Below, piece by piece: positions 1 through 9,346 of a DNA stretch of 25,206 nt. The position numbers and the translations under genes are program-made. The DNA comes from a virus (lineage: Duplodnaviria > Caudoviricetes): the IMG/VR virus record IMGVR_UViG_3300037483_000030, positions 1 through 25,206 of that record; one strand, given 5' to 3'. Below the pieces are notes generated by a model. The model saw only the letters and a list, made by a program, of their open reading frames with translations, did not search any database and was not told where the DNA came from. Numbering within the stretch: the first letter of the stretch is position 1; the number at the start of each line of letters is the position of its first letter.

Positions 1-2
1 AA

Positions 3-350
3 GGACAGCGCAAGAAACTTCCCGCCGCCACGGTTCGGGTGCAGGCCAGCGCCGGATTCAAGATCGGGGCGAACCAGCCCGACGGTGCGGCGCAGAGTCC
101 GATACAGGTTGCCCCGGAATGGAACGATATGAAGGACGCCCCCATCGAGAGCGAGGCTCCGTTTGGGAGTTCTGTGCTGCCACTCTATACGGGCGATTTG
201 AGGGTTCCGCTACCGGGCGGTTATGACCGTAAGGGGCAGGTGGCTATCCAACAGACGTTGCCGTTGCCGTTAAACGTGTCGGCGATTATCCCAGAGATTT
301 TCCCCGGCGACACGCCTCAACTCAAAGTTCAAGGCGGTGGTGGAGAATGA
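3..350 (+). CDS. Tail tubular protein B / nozzle (T7 gp12-like), C-terminal fragment, 5' truncated by the window
   Basis: Frame is open from base 3 (GQRKKLPAATVRVQAS...). C-terminal PLYTGD...GGYDRKGQVAIQQTLPLPLNVSAIIPE resembles podovirus tail tube B ends, and the gene sits before the ejection genes. Confidence 0.75.
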   Translation, partial: GQRKKLPAATVRVQASAGFKIGANQPDGAAQSPIQVAPEWNDMKDAPIESEAPFGSSVLPLYTGDLRVPLPGGYDRKGQVAIQQTLPLPLNVSAIIPEIFPGDTPQLKVQGGGGE

Positions 351-877
351 TTGAGATCGTCGAAGGAAAACCTTGGCACTGCGGGCAGATGGCACGAATC
401 TTGCGGCATGAACATCAGCGCGAATTGACCCATGCCGGGGTGAATATCCACCGTGAAATCAAGTCCAGCTTCGATGGTTCGTTCTGGCGGCGCGCCGGGT
501 TGATCGATGGCCGCTTGGTCGGGCTTGGCGGCGTCATGGGTTCCGGCATCAATTCGATTGGGTTTGTCTGGATGGCGCTGTCCGATGAAGTCCGTAAACA
601 TCCTATTGCAACGGCACGGATTCTGCGTGATCTGCTAGACGAAATCATGGAGACCAGACGCGAACTGGCGACCGTTGTCATCCCCGAAGATGATGCGGCA
701 TTGAAACTGGCTGTTTTCTTAGGATTCCACTGTGAGCATGACGGTCAAGGCGCTCAGGCGTATAGCCGAATCGGACGGCGCGACTTGGCTAAATATCTCA
801 AAGAAAATCAAGACCTAAGAATGAATAGTGGAAAGGGAACTTGTGTTCCGTTAGGATATAAGAGGAACGAATTGTGA
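347..877 (+). CDS. GNAT-fold-like virion assembly protein (T7 gp13 / internal virion protein A position)
   Basis: ATGA overlap with the upstream stop and GGAG SD. Pattern LIDGRLVGLGG...GFVWMALSD...ALKLAVFLGF resembles this family, and the synteny fits. Confidence 0.6.
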   Translation: MIEIVEGKPWHCGQMARILRHEHQRELTHAGVNIHREIKSSFDGSFWRRAGLIDGRLVGLGGVMGSGINSIGFVWMALSDEVRKHPIATARILRDLLDEIMETRRELATVVIPEDDAALKLAVFLGFHCEHDGQGAQAYSRIGRRDLAKYLKENQDLRMNSGKGTCVPLGYKRNEL

Positions 878-886
878 GGGTGCCAA

Positions 887-1486
887 ATGGGTTTTGATCC
901 GGCTACTGCATCGTTGGTATTGAGCGCCGTTGGTACGGCTACCTCTGCCATGGGTGCGATGCAGCAAGGTAAGGCGGCTTCGGCGGCGGCATCCTATAAT
1001 GCCCAGGTCGCCGAGAACAACCGTAAAATCGCGGAACAGAACGCCGAATACGCGACACGCGCCGGGATGGCGCGGGCCGAACAGGAATCCCTACAGGGCC
1101 GTGCCGCGATGGGTAAAATCCGTGCCGCGCAGGCGTCGAGTGGTGTCACCGTTGGATCGGACTCGTTTGCCGATGTCGAGGAAGGTGCGCGGGAAGCGAA
1201 TGTTCTCGACGTTGCCAACGTCATTCAGAAGGCCCAACTCGAAGCCTATGGCTATCGTAGTCAGGCTGCTGGGTTTGAGGCCGAAGCAGGATTGTCTAAG
1301 ATGCGCGCCGATGCTGCGGAGTCCGAAGGTACGGTTGGGGCGCTGGGAACGCTGCTGTCCGGGGCTGGGGCGCTGGGTGGAAAATATGCCATGGCGTCTG
1401 GATTTGACAGTTTTGGCGGAAAATCAAGTGGATCAGGATCGCCGCAGAAGGCTGTCGGTGACTTCTATAACTTAGATGTTGGGTGA
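887..1486 (+). CDS. Internal virion / ejection protein (T7 gp14-like)
   Basis: Ala/Gly-rich with hydrophobic N- and C-terminal segments; AAASYNAQVAENN and IRAAQASSGV..GS pattern; synteny. Confidence 0.7.
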   Translation: MGFDPATASLVLSAVGTATSAMGAMQQGKAASAAASYNAQVAENNRKIAEQNAEYATRAGMARAEQESLQGRAAMGKIRAAQASSGVTVGSDSFADVEEGAREANVLDVANVIQKAQLEAYGYRSQAAGFEAEAGLSKMRADAAESEGTVGALGTLLSGAGALGGKYAMASGFDSFGGKSSGSGSPQKAVGDFYNLDVG

Positions 1487-1493
1487 GTCTTAA

Positions 1494-4400
1494 ATGACCG
1501 ACATGCCATCACTCGCAATGGGGCTTGCCTCGGTTGATCCCGGTGGGGTCAGCAACGCGCCGTCAGCCTATCAACGCCAACAGGCGTCACCGGAAGACTT
1601 CGGCGGAGGAAGTACGGGCCGTGGCCTCCAGACGTTTGCGGCTGGCCTAGAAAATATGGCAATCGCCGGGTTCAAGGCGGCGGATCATTTCGATACCATT
1701 GCGGCTGATGATGCTGAATTGCAGTTCAAAAACCAAGTCAATGCGCTGCTACATGGTGACGCCACGACAGGGGCGACAGGATATACTTCGCTTCAAGGCC
1801 GCGCCGCCCTAGATGCTCGCCCAGAGGTTCAAAACAAGATCAAGGCCTTGATGGAGCAAACATCTCAGGGGCTTCAAAATGACCGTCAGAAAAGCCTGTT
1901 TGGCCGTAAAGCAGCCATGTACGGAAGCGATGTAAACCTACTGATCGGGAGCCATGCCAGCAAGGAGACGACGGCGTGGGGCGTGGAATCCAATAAATCC
2001 CGTGCGAAGACAAGCATCCATGAGATCGGAGCCAACTGGCAAAATCCCAACATGGTTTATAAGGCGTCACAGGAAGTGACGGACGCCTATACAAAACTGG
2101 CTCAACTGACGAAGGGTGCGCAACCCGGTGATCCGGTGTGGATGGAGGCTGTGGATAATGCCGCACGGGATTCCTTGGCGACCTACGTTGATGCCATGTC
2201 GGTAGAAAACCCAGCGGTGGCGTGGGATGTTATCAACACCCCTGAGAATCGTAAAATTCTTGGTGCATCGTATGATGAAACCGCAAATCCTATTCGTTCT
2301 AGATACGACCAAGAGGTTGGTGCAGAGGCTGGAATGTCTGCGATATTCGACCAGCGCCCCGCTCCGATGCAGCAGCAGGGGCAGGAAGTTAAGGGTCTCG
2401 TCGAAAAAGGAAACATCGACCTTCTTAACCGCCCGCGCGTAAAAAATGAAGACGGCTCAATTAGCACGGTTCGCTCCATTTCCTTCAATGATGGGAAACA
2501 AGAAGTTCTTATTCCAACCGTAAGCGATGATGGAAAAATTCTCTCCAATGAGGACGCCATTAAGCTGTACGAAGATACCGGGAACCACCTTGGGAAATTT
2601 AATACCCCGCAGGAAGCGGATGCTTATGCGGAACAGCTTCACAAGGAACAGGAGCGTTATTATACGGCTCCCACGGTAGATCAAGTGGCCGATGTTATCT
2701 TGCAGCAGGAATCCATCAACAATGATGATGTCGAGACCAGCGTTGATGGTGCCGTTGGCCCCGGACAGATCACGCCGGATACTTTCAAGATGTACGCCAA
2801 GGAAGGCGAAGATATTAAAAATGCAGCCGATAATCGCGCCGTTAGCAAGCGCATCATCGAAGATTACATGGGTCGCTACAACAATGATGTTAGAAGGGCA
2901 TTCGTTGGATATTTCTCTGGTACGGGAAATGTCGCGGAAGCAGGAAGCGAGACTCCCTGGAAGGAAGATCGCGCCGATGGCAACGGTAAACGAGTTTCCG
3001 AATACGTCTCTGATGTAATGGAAAGACTTCAAAAGGCTGGTGTAGATGTGCCAGATGGAGAAATGGTCCTCTCCGCAGGAACCGATAACCAGCCGATGCC
3101 CGTTGGTGAAACGGCGCGCATGGCGCGTGCGGGTGCGTTGCAGCGTCTTGATGCCCGAACCGATTTGAATGCAAACCAAAAAGTCGCAGGCCGCGCCACA
3201 ATAAAAACATATTACGAAACACAGGCGGCGATTGAGGCCGAAGAAAAACGCGCACAGATACAGCGCCAATCCGAGTTCACGTCCACATTCGAGATTGAAC
3301 TAAATCGTGGTCAGAAAAATTACATGGACATTGAATCCGCATGGGCGCGCGGCGACATCAGCGATGCCAACAGGACGCAGTTCACGATTCTTCTCGATAA
3401 AAATAGGGAAAAACAGGACTCCATTACCGGCTCCATAGCGCGGGTTCAGAGTATTTTGAATGATGGCGGCGTCCTTGACCCAAAGACGGATCAGGACAAA
3501 AAGGACGTTGATCTTCATTTTGAGATGACTTCTCAGGCATGGGGCAAAATTCCTCCTGCTGAAGTCGTCAGCCGTAGCGTTCAGTACGCCGTCAATGTCG
3601 GGATCGTGCCGACACCATTGAAGCAGATCGTCCGAGGCGGATTGCGGAGCATGGACCCGCAACAGGCCGTTCTCAGCGCCGACATCGTTGGGCAGATGAG
3701 AAACTCAAATCCTCAATTGCTGAACGATTTTAACGAACAGGATTTGACGATGGCGAATCTTATCGGCACCTATACAGAATACGGCATGAAACCACAAGAT
3801 GCGTTTACAACGGCCCATGAATCCATGAAGGTGACGGATACGGTTCGCAATGCCCGACGTGCCGAGTTCGATCTGCAACTTGGATCGGACACAAAATCAC
3901 GGGAAGCCAAGGTCAGGTCTTGGATCGGTGACAAGATGAGTACGGGATGGTTTACGAACCCAACATTTGATCCCATCATGTCGGCTGAGTTCCAGAACTT
4001 GTCTCGTCTGGAGTTTGAGAAAACAGGAAACATGGATGCGTCCATGACATTTGCGCTGGATAAAGTCAGCAGAACTTGGGGAAAGACGGAAGTCGGTGGA
4101 TCGTCTCGTTACATGAAATATGCGCCGGAGAAATTCTATGGCGTTTTCCCAAACGACCCCGCTTCCGATGCCGAATGGATGAACCAGCAATTGCTGTACG
4201 ATGTGACCAAGGGTGGTATGATTAATCCCGCAACTAAGCAAATGATAGTTGCGCAAAATGTAATTGATCCTGAAAATCCAATTACGTTGGATATGTTTCA
4301 TCTAACTCCAGACCCAACGAAAATTGGTGCCGATGGGCGTCCGACTTATCAGGTTTCAATCATGGTTAATGGTGGGTTGCAAACAATACGCAAGGCAGAC

Positions 4401-4568
4401 GGCGCTCCAATTTCTTGGGTTCCGTCATGGGAAAAATCTCCACAAAGAATGATGGCTGCACAAAAGGTAATCGATGAAGAAAAATCGCTAAGGGAGGATA
4501 GGGTTTCTAAACAAGAACGTGCGGAAGCAAGACGTTTACAGGGAGTGTCCCCTTATGCCGTTCCTTGA
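1494..4568 (+). CDS. Large internal virion / ejection protein with a lysozyme/SLT-like peptidoglycan hydrolase domain
   Basis: 1024 aa. ILQQES (putative catalytic Glu), GAVGPGQI and GYFSG match SLT motifs I-III approximately; synteny in the ejection module. Confidence 0.72.
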   Translation: MTDMPSLAMGLASVDPGGVSNAPSAYQRQQASPEDFGGGSTGRGLQTFAAGLENMAIAGFKAADHFDTIAADDAELQFKNQVNALLHGDATTGATGYTSLQGRAALDARPEVQNKIKALMEQTSQGLQNDRQKSLFGRKAAMYGSDVNLLIGSHASKETTAWGVESNKSRAKTSIHEIGANWQNPNMVYKASQEVTDAYTKLAQLTKGAQPGDPVWMEAVDNAARDSLATYVDAMSVENPAVAWDVINTPENRKILGASYDETANPIRSRYDQEVGAEAGMSAIFDQRPAPMQQQGQEVKGLVEKGNIDLLNRPRVKNEDGSISTVRSISFNDGKQEVLIPTVSDDGKILSNEDAIKLYEDTGNHLGKFNTPQEADAYAEQLHKEQERYYTAPTVDQVADVILQQESINNDDVETSVDGAVGPGQITPDTFKMYAKEGEDIKNAADNRAVSKRIIEDYMGRYNNDVRRAFVGYFSGTGNVAEAGSETPWKEDRADGNGKRVSEYVSDVMERLQKAGVDVPDGEMVLSAGTDNQPMPVGETARMARAGALQRLDARTDLNANQKVAGRATIKTYYETQAAIEAEEKRAQIQRQSEFTSTFEIELNRGQKNYMDIESAWARGDISDANRTQFTILLDKNREKQDSITGSIARVQSILNDGGVLDPKTDQDKKDVDLHFEMTSQAWGKIPPAEVVSRSVQYAVNVGIVPTPLKQIVRGGLRSMDPQQAVLSADIVGQMRNSNPQLLNDFNEQDLTMANLIGTYTEYGMKPQDAFTTAHESMKVTDTVRNARRAEFDLQLGSDTKSREAKVRSWIGDKMSTGWFTNPTFDPIMSAEFQNLSRLEFEKTGNMDASMTFALDKVSRTWGKTEVGGSSRYMKYAPEKFYGVFPNDPASDAEWMNQQLLYDVTKGGMINPATKQMIVAQNVIDPENPITLDMFHLTPDPTKIGADGRPTYQVSIMVNGGLQTIRKADGAPISWVPSWEKSPQRMMAAQKVIDEEKSLREDRVSKQERAEARRLQGVSPYAVP

Positions 4569-7500
4569 TGACGCACAGCCAGCAGGGCTGGCCCCGGCAG
4601 GAATAGATGAAGTCGATGCGGCTTCCGATCCTTCGTTTGGGTCGTTGTTGGGTGCTGCGTTCCAGAGAGAGAATACGGTTGGTTCGGCCATTACGGCTAT
4701 TTCAGAAGGGTACGATAACCCATCTACACCATACGATAGTTCGTTTGATCCGTGGTCCGATGTCAAGGGATACGAAGATTATCTGGGCAGCTTCATCGAC
4801 GCCAACAGCTTTGAAGATGTGGCCCGTGTAAAATCTCGCATTGATAATGAACGGTCCCGCGCTGAGATGCTGCAATCTGGTGGCGCGATGGGAACCGTTG
4901 CGGAACTGATTGCTGGTATTGCAGACCCAATCAATCTGATACCCGTTGGCGGCCAGATGATCCGCGTCGGTCGATTGGGAGAGCGTGCAGTGGCTGGCGC
5001 TCTAAGTGTTGGTGCCGTAGCTGGCGGTTCTGGGCTGGCGACCGAGGGCGTTCTACAGGCGACACAGGAAACTAGGACGGCACAGGAATCGGCGCTGAAT
5101 GTAGCGGGAAGCGTTCTGTTGGGTGGCGTTCTTGGTGGCGGCGTCGGTGCCGTATTCGGCAAAAGCCCGGATGCTCTGGATACTCTTGCCAAGGGGTTCT
5201 TGGATCAGAGCGAAGGTATGGCGGATGATATTGCATCGAACATTCCGAACAGCGGTGGGCCCATTTCTGGTGGCAGTACGGTTGGTGCCAAGAGCGCGTT
5301 GCCGACTCTGGAAGAAGAAACCATCGCTGGCCTAGGAAAATTCCCTGAATGGATTCGCAAGACTTCGCCTACTCTGCGGCTGCAAACAAGTCCAGAAGTG
5401 GTGTCGCGTATTCAAGGCCAAGAATTGGCCGAGAACCCCCTGATGACCAAGGGTAATCTTGAGGGTAAGGCTTCGCCTATTGCCATTGAATCCTTAATGA
5501 GACAATGGAACTACCCGCTCTATACAGCATTGGTTGGGGTTGATGATATTTTTGTAAAGTATCGCACAGGAAATGCAGCGAAAATGGGAGACCTTGCGCG
5601 CATTAGAGCAGGGGATGTTTTGTCCACTCCAAACGCATTGACACGCGATGATTTTCTGAACGCTGTTGGCCGTGCCATGTGGGAGGATGATGCCTCAGAC
5701 ATAATAGAGGTCGCCGAAGCAGCAAAATTGATGCGTAAAACCGTGTTTGATCCCATGAAAGACAGAGCGGTGGAAAAAGGCATTCTGGATGCCGATGTGG
5801 ATTCCAAGGTAGCCGCTTCATACATGATGCGTATGTATAATCACGACAAGATTGTATCAGATGGTAATGGGTTCAGAAAAATAATCACGGACTGGTATGA
5901 GTCCGAACAGTCCATGAAGGCTGAAATTCAGGGGCGTGTACAGACGATCTCCGATGATATGGAGCGCGCCAGAACAGAACTTGACAGCGGGAATATTAAA
6001 GAGCCTGCACGCATCGCAGAACTTGAAAATGAATATGCCAGACTTAGGGATAATCTGGAAGAACAAGTCTTATCTTGGCAGGGAAAATCATCCGCTGCGG
6101 CTAAGGGTGCTGTCAAACAACGAGCGGCTTACGACGCAAAGCGTAAGGAGGCTGCCTTAGCTAGTGGGGAGGAAGGTGAGTTCGGTCGTCTGTCTCAGGC
6201 AGACCGCTCCGTGATGAACGCCGCCAAGCGCATCATGGCAGCGAACACACGTCTGGAGCGCGGCGATCTCGATAATATCGCGGCTCAAACCGTAAGCCGT
6301 ATTCTTGGAACTCCGGCAGGACGGTTGCCGTATGATGTTGAAATCTCGGCTCCGGGGTTCATGCGTGCCTTAAATGATGATACACCCGACCTAAAAGCGA
6401 AGCCGCTTAAGGGTATCCAGCTTATGATACCCACCAAGTTAATCGTCGATTATCTTGAAACAGACATTTCAGTATTGGCTAAGGCTTATACGCGAACGAT
6501 GGCCCCCGATCTTGAAATGGCCGAGCGCGGATGGCTTGATCTGGATTCAAAACTGAAACAGATCGACGATGCCTATTCCAATAAAAAGGCAAAAGCAACC
6601 ACACCAGAAGAACAAACAAAATTACACGATCACATGGGCGAAGACATCGAAATGATTAAGGCAATCTGGGAAAGATTGCGGGGAACGTATGCTCTACCTA
6701 AAAATCCAGATGGCTTGTGGAGCCGATCATTCGCAGTGGCCCGAGACTTGAATTATCTTCGCCTTCTTGGTCAGCAGACTTTTTCGTCCATTCCTGATAT
6801 TGGGCATGTTGTGGTTCAGCATGGAATGAGAAATTTTACAAATGGCATTGTTCCAATGATTAAGGATTGGAAAACATATCGTCTTGCCGCAGAGGACGTG
6901 AAGACGAGCGGTGAAGGTATTGATATGATTATCAATAGCTATGCCATGAATTTAGGGGAAGTTTTTGACGATTTCGGAAGACATTCAAAATTTGAAAGAG
7001 GACTGAAAAAAGCGACCAATGCGTTTGGATACCTGACATTGATTACCCCGTGGAATACAGCGTTGAAACAATTCGTTGGGATCGTTGGACAGACCAGATC
7101 GCTGCAAGCCATTGAGAACTTGATAAATGGAACCATTGATAACGCCGAACGAGCGCGCCTTGCTCTATTCGGGATTAACGATGATGATGCGCGTGCAATC
7201 TATGGTCAATTTTCAAAGCATGGTGTAAAACATAGCAATATATGGTGGGCGAATACGAACGATTGGACAGACGTAAATGCGGCACGGGTATACCGCGCCG
7301 CGATGTCTAAGGAAATAAACAAAGTCATTGTTACTCCGGGTCAGGAGAAACCTTTGCTGCTGTCAACTGAACTTGGAAGAACTGTTATGCAGTTCAGATC
7401 ATTTTCAATATCATCAATGCAGCGAGTGACGATGGCTGCAATTCAGCAACGCGATGCTAAGGCTGTAGCAGGCGTTACGATGATGGTTGGTCTAGGTATG

Positions 7501-7911
7501 CTGGCTTATTATTTGAAGACTCCAAATGAAAAACTTTCCAATGATCCTGCCGTATGGGTTGCTGAGGGAATTGATAGATCAGGTGTAACGGGCTGGTTAT
7601 TTGATGCCAATAACATGATTGAAAAAGGAACCCGTGGTTCTATTGGCGTAAGCCGTTTGGTTGGTGCCCCGCAGATGAGCCGCTATGCTAGCCGTAATCT
7701 TGTGGAGAGTTTTTTGGGGCCAACATCAGGGCTTGCTACGGATGCTGCAACGATCATAGGATCGGTGACTTCGGGAGATATAAAGGAATCAGATATGAAA
7801 GCCGCGCGTAGAATGTTTCCGCTTCAAAATGCGATTGGATTTAGGCGCGGGTTTGATGCTCTTGAGGAAGGAGCAAATAACGCATTAGGCATACCGATGA
7901 AATCCAAGTAA
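4555..7911 (+). CDS. Large internal virion / ejection protein (T7 gp16-like position)
   Basis: Start moved to ATG 4555 (MPFLDD, GGGAG SD), giving 1118 aa. Gly/Ala-rich hydrophobic segments near the N-terminus; C-terminal QFRSF...LGP...RRMFPLQNA pattern recalled from podovirus ejection proteins. Confidence 0.7.
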   Translation: MPFLDDAQPAGLAPAGIDEVDAASDPSFGSLLGAAFQRENTVGSAITAISEGYDNPSTPYDSSFDPWSDVKGYEDYLGSFIDANSFEDVARVKSRIDNERSRAEMLQSGGAMGTVAELIAGIADPINLIPVGGQMIRVGRLGERAVAGALSVGAVAGGSGLATEGVLQATQETRTAQESALNVAGSVLLGGVLGGGVGAVFGKSPDALDTLAKGFLDQSEGMADDIASNIPNSGGPISGGSTVGAKSALPTLEEETIAGLGKFPEWIRKTSPTLRLQTSPEVVSRIQGQELAENPLMTKGNLEGKASPIAIESLMRQWNYPLYTALVGVDDIFVKYRTGNAAKMGDLARIRAGDVLSTPNALTRDDFLNAVGRAMWEDDASDIIEVAEAAKLMRKTVFDPMKDRAVEKGILDADVDSKVAASYMMRMYNHDKIVSDGNGFRKIITDWYESEQSMKAEIQGRVQTISDDMERARTELDSGNIKEPARIAELENEYARLRDNLEEQVLSWQGKSSAAAKGAVKQRAAYDAKRKEAALASGEEGEFGRLSQADRSVMNAAKRIMAANTRLERGDLDNIAAQTVSRILGTPAGRLPYDVEISAPGFMRALNDDTPDLKAKPLKGIQLMIPTKLIVDYLETDISVLAKAYTRTMAPDLEMAERGWLDLDSKLKQIDDAYSNKKAKATTPEEQTKLHDHMGEDIEMIKAIWERLRGTYALPKNPDGLWSRSFAVARDLNYLRLLGQQTFSSIPDIGHVVVQHGMRNFTNGIVPMIKDWKTYRLAAEDVKTSGEGIDMIINSYAMNLGEVFDDFGRHSKFERGLKKATNAFGYLTLITPWNTALKQFVGIVGQTRSLQAIENLINGTIDNAERARLALFGINDDDARAIYGQFSKHGVKHSNIWWANTNDWTDVNAARVYRAAMSKEINKVIVTPGQEKPLLLSTELGRTVMQFRSFSISSMQRVTMAAIQQRDAKAVAGVTMMVGLGMLAYYLKTPNEKLSNDPAVWVAEGIDRSGVTGWLFDANNMIEKGTRGSIGVSRLVGAPQMSRYASRNLVESFLGPTSGLATDAATIIGSVTSGDIKESDMKAARRMFPLQNAIGFRRGFDALEEGANNALGIPMKSK

Positions 7912-7921
7912 GGAACCAGCC

Positions 7922-8266
7922 ATGAACGAAAACATCTCCGCCCGTTCCATTGCCGATAGCGTCGGACTCCGCGCCGCGCATCAGATATTAACGGTTATCG
8001 GGTTGCCGATTATATTGGGGATTTCGGGGTGGACGTTGTTGACGACGGTTGAGGCGAATGAGCGGCTGGCGGTTCTGGAAACCTTGAAGCCGAGGATTGA
8101 TCGGCTGGAGAATATGGCCGATGGGCGCGGCCCTGTTTATCCGCTCGCCGATGGGCGCGAACTGGAGAAGGAAGTCGCCATTCTTGGTGGCCGCGTCGGA
8201 GCGCTGGAGCGACAAGCACCGAGGGGTAGCGGAACCCCCATGCCGGACAGGGTGACATCGAAATGA
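7922..8266 (+). CDS. Single-TM membrane protein with coiled coil, probably lysis-associated
   Basis: AAGGA SD; hydrophobic ILTVIGLPIILGISGWTLL; ATGA overlap with the endolysin. Confidence 0.55.
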   Translation: MNENISARSIADSVGLRAAHQILTVIGLPIILGISGWTLLTTVEANERLAVLETLKPRIDRLENMADGRGPVYPLADGRELEKEVAILGGRVGALERQAPRGSGTPMPDRVTSK

Positions 8267-8655
8267 CTGATCTAGCGAAATGGAATCCTGCGGATACACC
8301 GTCGTTTAGTCGTGAAGAAATGGCCTGCAAGTGCGGGCACTGCGATGGCCGCGCCGATATGGACGCCGACTTCATGGCGAAACTACAGGCCATGCGGGAT
8401 CGCAGCGGACCCCTCGCCGTTACCAGCGGGTTCAGGTGCCCCCAACATCCCGAAGAACGCAAGAAATCATCTCCCGGTTCCCACGCCCAAGGAAAAGCCG
8501 CCGATCTAAGCGTATTGGCTGGAGCAAAGAGGTATGTTATCCTACATCTGGCATTTGAGGTCGGGATGCAGGGTATCGGTATCGGGGAAACCTTCATCCA
8601 TCTTGATTCCGGCCACGACCACGCCCCACGCCCCGCAGTATGGAGATACCCATGA
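8263..8655 (+). CDS. Endolysin, Zn peptidase M15 family (Peptidase_M15_3-like)
   Basis: F..EE.ACKCG, TSGFRC..H, SH..GKAAD and GIG..FIHLD supply the His/Asp/His zinc ligands. Confidence 0.9.
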   Translation: MTDLAKWNPADTPSFSREEMACKCGHCDGRADMDADFMAKLQAMRDRSGPLAVTSGFRCPQHPEERKKSSPGSHAQGKAADLSVLAGAKRYVILHLAFEVGMQGIGIGETFIHLDSGHDHAPRPAVWRYP

Positions 8656-8897
8656 ACTCAAAATTGATGGCCCCTGGCACCGGCGGCGCGTCTGCTGTTT
8701 TGCTGATTTGGTGGTTGAGCAGCGAATTTGGAATCCAAGCCACAGCGGAACAGACCGCTGCATTGGCGACGGGCCTATCCGTGGTTTACGGGTTCTTCGA
8801 TGAAATCGTATCCGCGTTTAAGGATGTTATCTTGGCGGCACTGAAATCGAAACGTGATGCCGTGGCCGATGAACCAGCGCAAGGAAACGCCCCATGA
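8652..8897 (+). CDS. Putative holin (two TM segments, charged C-terminal tail)
   Basis: Start moved to ATG 8652 (GGAG SD, ATGA overlap). Two hydrophobic segments (ASAVLLIWWL; ALATGLSVVYGFF); adjacent to the endolysin. Confidence 0.6.
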   Translation: MNSKLMAPGTGGASAVLLIWWLSSEFGIQATAEQTAALATGLSVVYGFFDEIVSAFKDVILAALKSKRDAVADEPAQGNAP

Positions 8898-9343
8898 AAA
8901 AAATTACGGTTGCTGTTATCGCGGCCCTGATCCTCAGCGGCTGCGCCCAGAACGATGCTGGCCTAACCAGGGCCAAGGTGACGTGGTGCGACGGACATAT
9001 CTGTGGTGCCGAAATCATCGACGGCAAGGAGAAGGCCGCTGTCGGTCTTAAGGTCGCGTTCCCCGATGGTGCTGTCGTCGAGTATTCTGCAACAGATGTT
9101 AAGGCGTTCCGGGCGTTTGAAATCCGGGGTGCCGTTGAAAACGCGCTGATCGAAACGACGGGTAAGGCTGTTCCAGAGGTTGTCAGCGCCGTTACGCGGG
9201 CCGTGCTGGGGGTTGCGGGGCTGGAGGCCATCACTGGTGCCGTCGGTGCCAAGGCGGCGCTACAGGGTGCCCAGATCAAGGCGGATACGGCATTGGAAGG
9301 TGCCCGTATCCAAGCCGGGGCGGCGGCGGCACGGAAACCGTAA
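8894..9343 (+). CDS. Lipoprotein, spanin candidate
   Basis: Signal peptide MKKITVAVIAALILSG|C with an LSGC lipobox; last gene of the lysis cassette. Confidence 0.65.
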   Translation: MKKITVAVIAALILSGCAQNDAGLTRAKVTWCDGHICGAEIIDGKEKAAVGLKVAFPDGAVVEYSATDVKAFRAFEIRGAVENALIETTGKAVPEVVSAVTRAVLGVAGLEAITGAVGAKAALQGAQIKADTALEGARIQAGAAAARKP

Positions 9344-9346
9344 CGG

